Source: Trichlorobacter lovleyi SZ (lineage in GTDB: Bacteria > Desulfobacterota > Desulfuromonadia > Geobacterales > Pseudopelobacteraceae). Taken from it: a DNA stretch of 32,000 bases. The stretch spans positions 1,530,001 to 1,562,000 of the forward strand of contig NC_010814.1 of the NCBI RefSeq assembly GCF_000020385.1, given 5' to 3'. Positions 16,892 to 24,600 of the stretch are shown one piece after another (position 1 is the stretch's first letter; the number at the start of each line of letters is the position of its first letter). Both the position numbers and the translations under genes were made by a program. The notes beneath the pieces are model-generated. The model was given only the letters and a program-made list of their open reading frames with translations, did no database searches and was not told where the DNA came from.

Positions 16892-16916
16892 GACAGCTGT
16901 CTCATCTTGAGATAGG
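16889..16916. promoter_or_regulatory. Perfect 16-bp palindrome TGAGACAGCTGTCTCA overlapping the regulator stop codon, extended by TCTTGAGATAGG (candidate UAS and/or terminator hairpin)
   Basis: Read directly from the sequence. 16897..16916 (CTGTCTCATCTTGAGATAGG) matches 13898..13917 at 16/20 positions. It lies about 130 nt upstream of the 17035 element. Confidence 0.45.
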
Positions 16917-17034
16917 CCGTATCATCCCGCCCCCTGTCTATGGGGCAACGGGGGGCTGTTGAAAGGCCTCAACATACGTCTGTAGCAGTATTGTCCGCGG
17001 TCTTGTGCATGCTGCAGGTGTATCGTTTGCACAA

Positions 17035-17050
17035 CGGCACGGTTCTTGAT
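17035..17050 (+). promoter_or_regulatory. Second copy of the sigma-54-like element CGGCACG-GTTC-TTGAT
   Basis: The same 16-mer as at 13820..13835; the full 19-mer caacggcacggttcttgat spans 17032..17050. It ends 12 nt before ATG 17063, which would imply a nearly leaderless transcript or a different role such as an operator. Confidence 0.4.
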
Positions 17051-17062
17051 TGTGATGCCGGT

Positions 17063-17515
17063 ATGTCCAGTCCCGCATCACATACCTGTTGCCGCCCCGA
17101 TTGCCTCTGTGACCGGGTCCTGATCGTCGATGACGAGCCGGGCATCCTGTTTGCCTATCGCAAACTGCTGGAACAGAAGGGGCTGGTTGTTGATAGCTGT
17201 GACTGTCTCTGCGAGGCGCTCGACTATCTGGAAAAGCATCATTATCTGGCCGTGGTCGCCGATATGCGCTTGCAGGGTACCGATACCATGGACGGCCTGG
17301 ATCTGGTTCGGGAGGTACGCCGGCGTCAGCCCGCAGCCGGAATTATTGTCGCATCCGGCACCAGCGACCAGAAGACACGTCAGTCCGCGTCCGAGCTGGG
17401 GGTTGATCACTACCTTGAAAAACCGATCCATCCCTCCCGTATCCTTGATCTGTTGATTCAACTTCGAAATACCGTTCATGGCGAAGAGCTGCTGCCCGCC
17501 CCTGAAACAGGGTAG
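17063..17515 (+). CDS. Single-domain (REC-only, CheY-like) response regulator with a short Cys-rich N-terminal extension
   Basis: RVLIVDDEPGILFAYRKLLE...AVVADMRLQG...IIVASG...HYLEKP. N-terminus MSSPASHTCCRPDCLCD. The start is uncertain: ATGs at 16940 and 17009 are in frame but would place the 19-mer inside the CDS. Confidence 0.75.
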   Translation: MSSPASHTCCRPDCLCDRVLIVDDEPGILFAYRKLLEQKGLVVDSCDCLCEALDYLEKHHYLAVVADMRLQGTDTMDGLDLVREVRRRQPAAGIIVASGTSDQKTRQSASELGVDHYLEKPIHPSRILDLLIQLRNTVHGEELLPAPETG

Positions 17516-17531
17516 ATCGTTATGCTGAATT

Positions 17532-17639
17532 TTCCTTCTCCCTGTGGGGGAAGGTGGCCGAAGACCGGTTGAAGGGGCAGCAACGGCTTGAAATGAGCCT
17601 CTTTCTCCTCACCCTGGCCCTCTCCCCAGGAAGAAGGAA
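17532..17639. repeat. Imperfect inverted repeat (~18-nt arms) flanking ~70 nt in the leader of the FKBP gene
   Basis: The left arm is ttccttctccctgtggggg. The reverse complement of the right arm (17622-17639) is ttccttcttcctggggag. An inner ggggaaggtggcc / ggccctctcccc pairing is also present. Confidence 0.35.
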
Positions 17640-17668
17640 TTTACTACCTCCGGAAAGGATGACCCGTT

Positions 17669-18331
17669 ATGAGACCGTTGCTTGTCCTGGCTGTTCTGGC
17701 CGTTGCTACCCAGGCCTGTGCCCTTGAGCCACCCAAAACTGAAGAACAAAAGACCCTGTATGCCATTGGCCAGACCGTGTCACGCCAGTTGTCGGTCTTT
17801 AATCTGAGCGCGGATGAATTCCAGTATGTGCTGCTGGGCCTGACCGATGCCCAATCCGGCAATAAGGCGGCGGCAGAGCCTGCCCAGTACAACCGTAAGA
17901 TTCAGGAACTGGCCCGGTCCCGCCGGGCTGCCCATGCCCAGAAGCTTGGCCCGGCCAACAAAGAAGCCCTTGAAAAAGCTGCCAAGGAGCAGGGGGCCGT
18001 CAAGAGCGCCTCAGGGCTGATCTACCTTCCGGTGAAGGAGGGGAACGGCGCGCAACCGAAGCTGACCGATACGGTACGGGTCAATTACCGCGGTATCCTC
18101 GTTGATGGCAAAGAGTTTGACAGTTCCTACAAACGGGGCAATCCACTCGAGTTTAAGCTGGATAGCGTCATTAAATGCTGGACTGAAGGGGTACAGAAGA
18201 TGAAGGTGGGGGGGAAGGCAAAGCTGACCTGCCCTGCCGCACTGGCCTATGGTGAACAGGGAGCCGGCGACCTTATTCTGCCGGGTGCTACCCTCCAGTT
18301 TGAGGTTGAATTGCTTGATATCAAAAAATAA
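17669..18331 (+). CDS. Periplasmic FKBP-type peptidyl-prolyl cis-trans isomerase (FkpA/Mip-like, with N-terminal dimerisation helix region)
   Basis: Signal peptide MRPLLVLAVLAVATQACA. FKBP core VRVNYRGILVDGKEFDSSY...FKLDSVIKCWTEGVQKMKVGGKAKLTCPAALAYG...LQFEVELLDI. Confidence 0.95.
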   Translation: MRPLLVLAVLAVATQACALEPPKTEEQKTLYAIGQTVSRQLSVFNLSADEFQYVLLGLTDAQSGNKAAAEPAQYNRKIQELARSRRAAHAQKLGPANKEALEKAAKEQGAVKSASGLIYLPVKEGNGAQPKLTDTVRVNYRGILVDGKEFDSSYKRGNPLEFKLDSVIKCWTEGVQKMKVGGKAKLTCPAALAYGEQGAGDLILPGATLQFEVELLDIKK

Positions 18332-18355
18332 CCGTTGTCCGAACGGAGTGTCCCC

Positions 18356-18937
18356 ATGAAACGTCATCTGTCCCGGTTGATCTGTCTGCTGCTGTTTCTG
18401 CCGGTTTTAATGGTTTGTGCTGCATCCCCTGCCATGGCTGCACCGGTTACCTACAAGCGAACCGTTGAAAAGTATCAGGTGCCGGATGTGATTCTGACCA
18501 ACCAATTCGGCAAAAAGGTCCGGCTGAAGACGTTGCTGGAGTCCGGGCGTCCGGTGGCCGTTGATTTTATCTATGCCACCTGTACCACCATCTGTCCGGT
18601 GCTTTCCGCCGGGTATACCAATCTGCAACGAAAACTGGGGGCGGACAGTGTCAAAGTGCAACTGGTCTCCATCACCATTGACCCGGAAAATGATAATCCG
18701 AAGGTTCTCAAGGAGTATCTGCAACGCTACCAGGCCAAACCGGGGTGGGATTTTCTGACCGGTAGCCGGAAGGATATTGACCGGGTCATGCATGCCTTTG
18801 ACGCCTATTTCCGCGACAAGATGGACCATAAGCCGCTCACCTTCATACGGGGGGCGGATGGCTCCTGGATCAGGCTTTACGGTCTGATCAGCAGTAGTGA
18901 ATTTCTGGCAGAATACAAAAAAGCGGGGCTCCTATGA
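18356..18937 (+). CDS. SCO1/SenC-family thioredoxin-fold copper chaperone
   Basis: Start moved to MKRHLSRLI (GGAG 8 nt upstream). CxxxCP motif (ATCTTICPV), SITIDPENDNP, WDFLTG, and a downstream His (MDHKPL). Confidence 0.9.
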   Translation: MKRHLSRLICLLLFLPVLMVCAASPAMAAPVTYKRTVEKYQVPDVILTNQFGKKVRLKTLLESGRPVAVDFIYATCTTICPVLSAGYTNLQRKLGADSVKVQLVSITIDPENDNPKVLKEYLQRYQAKPGWDFLTGSRKDIDRVMHAFDAYFRDKMDHKPLTFIRGADGSWIRLYGLISSSEFLAEYKKAGLL

Positions 18938-20625
18938 CACTACGTACGAAACTGCCGGCAGAACAGGTCTTAATGGTGCTGTTGAGTATAGCTCTCTGTC
19001 TTGCCCTGGGCGCAGCTGCCTGGGCTGCCCCTTCAGACGAAACCATGCGGTTCGGGGAGCAGATGTACCGCAAAGGGCTGCTCCCCTCCGGGGCTCCCAT
19101 CAAGGCCTATGTCAGCGGCGATGTGCCGGTGGACGGCACATCGTTCACCTGCGTCAGTTGCCATCTGCGCAGCGGACTCGGCTCTATTGAAGGGGAGGTC
19201 ATCACGCTACCGACCAACGGGAGGATCCTGTATCAGCCGAGAAGGCCGTTTATCCCCGGCTCCGAGTTTGTTCCTTCCTACTCCAACTATGCAAAATACC
19301 TGCCGGAGCGTCCTGCCTATACCGACGATTCGCTGGCTGCGCTGATCCTGACCGGTATTGACCCCACCGGCCGGTCGGTTCTGAAGGTCATGCCCCGTTA
19401 CGACCTGGGCGACAAGGATATGGCGATTATGATCAGCTATCTGAAATCACTTTCTGATCAGCCGCCTCCCGGCGTGACCAAAGAAGAGATCAGGTTTGCC
19501 ACGGTCATTGTTGAAGGGACTGACCCGGTTGCGGTGCAGTCGATGCTGGCCCCCCTGCAGTTCAGTATTGACCGCAAGAACAGCCTGGCTACCGCCGCAG
19601 TGAAAAATCATCGTGTGGCGCGGATGGGCTACAACATGCTGGGAGATCTTTCCGCCCTCAAATTTTCACTGTCACGCTGGACGCTCAAGGGGGCTCCGGC
19701 AACCTGGCTGTCTCAGCTGGAAGAATACTACCGCAAGGAGCCGGTCTTTGCCTTGCTGGGTGGTATCTCGGAAGGGGAGTGGGAGCCGGTGCACCGCTTC
19801 TGCGAAGAGAAAAAGATCCCCAACCTGTTTCCGGTTGTAGACTACCCGGTACTCTCGGATACAGACTGGTATACCCTCTATTTCTCGCGTGGGGTCCGCC
19901 AGGAGGGCGAAGCTGCGGCCCGCTATCTGCACGGCATGGCCGAGCTGTTTAAAGGCAGGCCGGTACTGCAGCTGTACCGGGCCGGTCGCAAAGGGCAGGC
20001 CCTGGCAGCAGGATTCAGGGAGTCCTGGAAGACTGCCGGTGGTGGTGCGATAACAGAGGTCCGTCTGCCTGCCAATGAAAAGCTGACGGCAAAAAAGGTA
20101 CGGCAACTGGTTAACCGGAAAAATCCGGCAGCCCTGGTTCTTTGGGATGATGCAGCGTCACTGCCGGCACTGTCAGGGCTGGCAGCGCAGAAAAAGCGGC
20201 CCGGTCTGGTCCTTGCCTCCGGCACCTATCTGGGCAAGGCGCTGTGGACGATCCCGGAAGAATTGCGAGCTCTGCTCTATCTGACCTACCCCTATCGCCT
20301 GCCCCAGGAGGACAGCCGCTTTGACGTCAATGTCAAGCGGGTGCTGCAGGGTAGACCACTTGAACTGTATGAACAGAGGATCGTCAGGCAGTCCTATCTT
20401 ACCGGCGAAGTGCTTGGCAAGGCGTTGATGATGATGCGCGGCGAATATTACCGCGATTACCTGTATGATGTGATCGGTATGATGTCGGACATGCACTACC
20501 CCCTGTATGAACGGGTCAGTTTCGGGCCGGGCCAGCGCTATGCCTCCAAGGGCTCCTATATTGTGCAGTTGGGCAGTGGCAGGAATCCCGTGCTCGAACG
20601 CCGCAGTGAATGGGTAATACCGTGA
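18934..20625 (+). CDS. Fusion protein: monoheme cytochrome c domain plus type-1 periplasmic solute-binding (LivK-like) domain
   Basis: ATGA overlap with the SCO1 stop. Signal peptide. A single CVSCH heme motif with a candidate axial Met (KVMPRY). The C-terminal ~380 aa resemble branched-chain amino-acid type binding proteins (alternating beta-alpha pattern, KKIPNLFPV...). Confidence 0.8.
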   Translation: MTLRTKLPAEQVLMVLLSIALCLALGAAAWAAPSDETMRFGEQMYRKGLLPSGAPIKAYVSGDVPVDGTSFTCVSCHLRSGLGSIEGEVITLPTNGRILYQPRRPFIPGSEFVPSYSNYAKYLPERPAYTDDSLAALILTGIDPTGRSVLKVMPRYDLGDKDMAIMISYLKSLSDQPPPGVTKEEIRFATVIVEGTDPVAVQSMLAPLQFSIDRKNSLATAAVKNHRVARMGYNMLGDLSALKFSLSRWTLKGAPATWLSQLEEYYRKEPVFALLGGISEGEWEPVHRFCEEKKIPNLFPVVDYPVLSDTDWYTLYFSRGVRQEGEAAARYLHGMAELFKGRPVLQLYRAGRKGQALAAGFRESWKTAGGGAITEVRLPANEKLTAKKVRQLVNRKNPAALVLWDDAASLPALSGLAAQKKRPGLVLASGTYLGKALWTIPEELRALLYLTYPYRLPQEDSRFDVNVKRVLQGRPLELYEQRIVRQSYLTGEVLGKALMMMRGEYYRDYLYDVIGMMSDMHYPLYERVSFGPGQRYASKGSYIVQLGSGRNPVLERRSEWVIP

Positions 20626-20642
20626 AAAGAAAAGAGGATATT

Positions 20643-20993
20643 ATGATCAGACAAGGCATCCTGGCACTGTTGGCTCTGTTTCTGTTGCTGGCGCCTGCTG
20701 CAGATCTGTTGGCTGCCGCTGCAGATGTGACGATCTACATCGTGAGCGATTATCGTTATCTGCCGGGTAAGGCAAAAGGCGACCCGGTAATGGGACAGTC
20801 TCTGTGCGGTACCCGCTGTAATGCCCTTTCAACCAATTATCTGAATATTGTCGAGCCTGGCGGTTGGCGTCTGATCAAAGTTGCCGGCGGACGCGTATTG
20901 ACCGTACCACTCAATAATCCTTTCATGGGGGGGGATTGCGTCTGTGTCGTGGACGAATACATGGTGAAGGTCGATCATCTCAACAAACCGTAG
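20643..20993 (+). CDS. Small secreted hypothetical protein with four Cys
   Basis: Start moved to MIRQGILALLALFLLLAPA (AGAGGA RBS). 116 aa. Cys positions: CGTRC and GGDCVCV. No family recognised. Confidence 0.6.
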   Translation: MIRQGILALLALFLLLAPAADLLAAAADVTIYIVSDYRYLPGKAKGDPVMGQSLCGTRCNALSTNYLNIVEPGGWRLIKVAGGRVLTVPLNNPFMGGDCVCVVDEYMVKVDHLNKP

Positions 20994-21040
20994 TTTTTTC
21001 TCAGTCCTTCCGGATTTCCCACCCCAGTCTCACCTCCGTC

Positions 21041-21081
21041 GCACTATGAGACAGATACAAATCGTATCTGTCTCATAGTGC
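21041..21081. promoter_or_regulatory. 41-nt perfect hairpin/palindrome (18-bp arms, 5-nt loop) carrying TGAGACA...TGTCTCA; terminator of the upstream operon and/or UAS for the downstream sigma-54 promoter
   Basis: gcactatgagacagatac (21041-21058) is the exact reverse complement of gtatctgtctcatagtgc (21064-21081). Its centre lies about 90 nt upstream of the GG of the 21151 element. Confidence 0.6.
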
Positions 21082-21150
21082 ATCTACATCCCCCTTTTTA
21101 AGCCGGTCAATTTTGCAAAGTTTTGAGTTGTTTCGGGCTGTTTCGCGTGT

Positions 21151-21166
21151 CGGCATGCTCTTTGCT
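21151..21166 (+). promoter_or_regulatory. Sigma-54 promoter candidate upstream of the small-protein / multicopper-oxidase pair
   Basis: CGGCATG-CTCT-TTGCT shows the correct GG-N10-GC geometry against TGGCACG-N4-TTGCW. It lies about 125 nt upstream of ATG 21292. Confidence 0.6.
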
Positions 21167-21291
21167 CGGTAGTAAATAAGTCAAGTTCTATGCTGCTGAA
21201 ACCGTTGGTAAAATAATAATTTTTTAATGTTGTTTGAAAGGCTGCCTGAACCGGATACCCATCGCTCGGATCAATGAAAGGAGCATGCATC

Positions 21292-21555
21292 ATGAAAATC
21301 CCGACAACACTCGTAACTGGAGTACTGATGGCCGCGCTGCTCGCTGTGACGGCATCGGCAGAAGCCCAGCTGCAAAAGCGTCAGCCGGTGCAGTTGAATC
21401 CGGCGGTAAACAGCAAGGTGCCGCAGGCCCAGAAGGCCACCGTGCAAAAGCGTGAGCTGGCACGACAACAGCGTGACAAGAAGCTGAAGGTGAGGGCAGC
21501 TAACACGCAGAGAAAAGGCGGTCCGACCTCGCTTCCGAAACCTGTGCATCGGTAG
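21292..21555 (+). CDS. Small secreted, highly basic Lys/Gln/Arg-rich hypothetical protein
   Basis: Start moved to MKIPTTLVTGVLMAALLAVTASAEA (AAGGAG 8 nt upstream). The mature part is low-complexity (QKRQPVQ...KKLKVRAANTQRKGG). No family recognised. Confidence 0.55.
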   Translation: MKIPTTLVTGVLMAALLAVTASAEAQLQKRQPVQLNPAVNSKVPQAQKATVQKRELARQQRDKKLKVRAANTQRKGGPTSLPKPVHR

Positions 21556-21623
21556 CGGAACACATGATTCGAGGAGATGGTAACGACATTTGAACAAACT
21601 GTAGTAGTCAACTGGAGGCGCGT

Positions 21624-24600
21624 ATGAACAAGCGAACATTACGAAGTCGAATGACAGCCCTGCTGTCCGGCTTGGCCCTGATTATGGGGCTGGGTACGGC
21701 GCAGGCCTACCTGAGCCCGGATTATTCGAATCCGGCCTATGCTCCGGGAGGGGCAACGCCCTTTGTGATCGGGCCGGGAAATACCCCGGATTACCTGACC
21801 ACCCCCAACTGGGCCTACACCCCCCCGATCCGCAAGTTTGTCGATACCCTGCCGGGACTGGGTGCCGCAAACGTCAACAACCTGGGACAGTATATCCCGG
21901 TTGCAGTGCCGGATATCGTGACCTATCCCGGTTCCGACTACTACGAGATAGAGCTGCGTGAGTTTTCGGAGAAGGTGCATTCCGATCTGCCACCTACCAC
22001 CATGCGGGCCTATCGTCAGGTAAATGCCGGTACGGTCACGACATCCTGTACCGATCCGGCACTCAGTCAGCCCAATCCCTGTACCGAGGCCAACAACACC
22101 GCACAGGTTGAAGCCAACCCGCGCCAGTTCGGACCGGTCATCGTTGCCCAGAAAGACCGGCCGGTACGGATCAAGTTCATCAACAGCCTGCCGACCGGTT
22201 CCGGGGGTGACCTGTTCATCCCGGTCGACCAGACCATCATGGGGGCAGGCCCCTTCCAGATTGATTACGATCCGGTCACTAAGCAGCCGATTCAGGTTAC
22301 CTCCGGCACCTTTAGCCAGAACCGTGCAGAACTGCACCTGCATGGTGGTCGCACTCCCTGGATCAGTGACGGTACCCCCCACCAGTGGATTACCCCTGCG
22401 GGGGAGGTAACCAGTTATCCCACCGGTGTCAGTATGACCAACGTGCCGGATATGCCTGACCCCGGTCCAGGCGCCCAGACCTACTACTATACCAACCAGC
22501 AAAGTTCCCGCCTGATGTTCTACCACGACCACAGCTGGGGTATTACCCGACTTAACGTCTATGTGGGCGGCGCTGCCGGCTATGTTATCCGTGATGCTGT
22601 AGAACAGCAGCTGATTGCCGACGGCAAAATCCCTGCTGAAGAGATTCCGTTGATCATTCAGGACAAGACCTTTGTGGATGGCGACCCGGCATCGCCGACC
22701 TATGTGCTGAAGACCGACCCGACCTGGAAATGGGGCACCGGTACTATCGGCAGTAACGGCTTCCGTATCCCCCAGAGCGGTGATCTGTGGTGGCCTCATA
22801 TCTATATGCCGGCCCAGAACCCCTTTGATATCACCGGTATCGCTCCGATGGGGCGTTGGGCCTATGGTCCCTATTTCTGGCCGGCCACCCCTAACCCGTA
22901 TCAACCGATTCCCAACCCCTACTATAGCCCGGACTGCGTGCCCGGCGGTGATCCTGCAACAACCCCCGGACTTTTGGGTGGCCCCTATGGCGACTTCTGC
23001 CAACCACCTGAAATTCCTGCAACGCCTAACCCTTCCTGGGGCGCTGAAGCCTTTATGGATACCCCGACGATTAACGGTACCGCCTATCCGGTGCTGACGG
23101 TTGAGCCGAAGGCCTACCGCTTCCGCATTCTGAATGCGGCCCATGACCGTTTTGTAAACCTGCAGTTGTATAAAGCGGACCCGGCCCCGGCGCCTCTGGA
23201 TTACAGCGGTGCATTTCCCCCCTCCTGTACAAGCTATACGGCACCGGGCTATGGTGGATTCAGCGGCATCTGTGCCAGCAATACAGAAGTCAAAATGGTA
23301 CCTGCTCAACCGGGTGGTGTCGGCAAACCAGCCACCTGGCCGGAAGACGGCCGTCCTGGTGGCGTGCCTGACTGGAACACCGCCGGTCCCAACTGGATCA
23401 TGATCGGCAGTGAAGGCGGTTTCCTGCCCAGGCCGGTAGTGTTGCCGCCGCAACCGCTTAACTGGAATGCCGATGTGACCACCTTTAACGCAGGTAACGT
23501 CAACACCGGTTCACTGATCCTTGCCCCGGCAGAGCGGGCAGATGTTATTGTTGATTTTTCCGGTATCCCTTCGGGTACCACCCTGATCCTGTATAACGAT
23601 GCCCCGGCACCATGGCCGGCCCTTGACCCCCACTATGATTACTATACCGGTGCCCCGGACAACCGTGCCATGGGTGGTGCTGATACCACGCCGATCGGTT
23701 TTGGTCCCAACACCCGTACCCTGATGCAGATCAAGGTGCAGGGCACCCCTGCAGCTACCTTTAACGTGGCAGCACTGAACGCCGCCTTTACACCGTCTAC
23801 CCCCGCTCTTGGCGTATTCCGGCAGTCGCAGGAGTCTCTGGTTGTGGGGCAGGGCAACATGAACCCCACCGGCGATCCTGCCTACTATGAGGCCTTTGCC
23901 TTTGACGGCGTTGCCTATGACGCGCTTAACACCATTTACGGTACCGCCTTTGCCACCACCTTCCCCAACTGGGGGGTGTCGCGGATCAATGACAAGGAGA
24001 TCAGCTTCAAGACCATCAACCCTGACGGCACTGTCAACCCGACGGTTCAGACGGTTACCATGAAGCTTAAGGCCATTCAGGATGAACAGGGTGAAACCTT
24101 TGACGACTACGGCAGGATGCGGGCCGCCCTGGGGCTGACCCTGTCCAACCCGGCCGCCGGCCAGGTGAACTTCATTGTCCAGACCTACAGCGACCCCTCA
24201 ACAGAGGTGCTGGCCGAGGAAGGTATTCAGGTCTGGAAGATTACCCACAACGGTGTGGACACTCACCCGATTCACTTCCACCTGTTTGATGTGCAGATCC
24301 TGAACCGGGTAGGCTGGGACGGCTTCATCCGTCTGCCCGACCCAACCGAACTGGGCTGGAAAGAAACCGTCCGGGTCAGCCCGCTGGAAGACACCATCGT
24401 TGCCGTGCGCCCGGTCAAACCAATGCTGCCGTTCGGTATTCCGAACAGTGTACGTCCACTTAATCCGGCCACCCCGCTGGGCGATGCGACCGAGCTTTCC
24501 ATGATAGATCCAACCACCGGTCAAGCCTGGGGCACCCCCAACGTTAACAGGATTCTCAACCTCGGTTGGGAGTATGTCTGGCATTGTCACATCCTGAGTC

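Noticed and set aside
21084-21293. 69-aa minus-strand ORF in the intergenic region upstream of the MCO operon
   Set aside because: It overlaps the sigma-54-like promoter and the leader. It has no RBS, and its composition is unlike the neighbouring genes.
21624-21713. Twin-arginine (Tat) signal on the multicopper oxidase
   Set aside because: The N-terminus is MNKRTLRSRMTALL..., in which the Arg residues are not adjacent, and there is no S/T-R-R-x-F-L-K pattern. I treat it as a Sec-type signal pending a predictor run.
21639-23453. 604-aa ORF on the minus strand, antisense to the multicopper oxidase gene
   Set aside because: It lies entirely inside a CDS that carries all four canonical copper-binding motifs. 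Its product is Arg/Gly/Pro-rich low-complexity sequence, typical of shadow ORFs in high-GC DNA. It has no RBS or recognisable motif.
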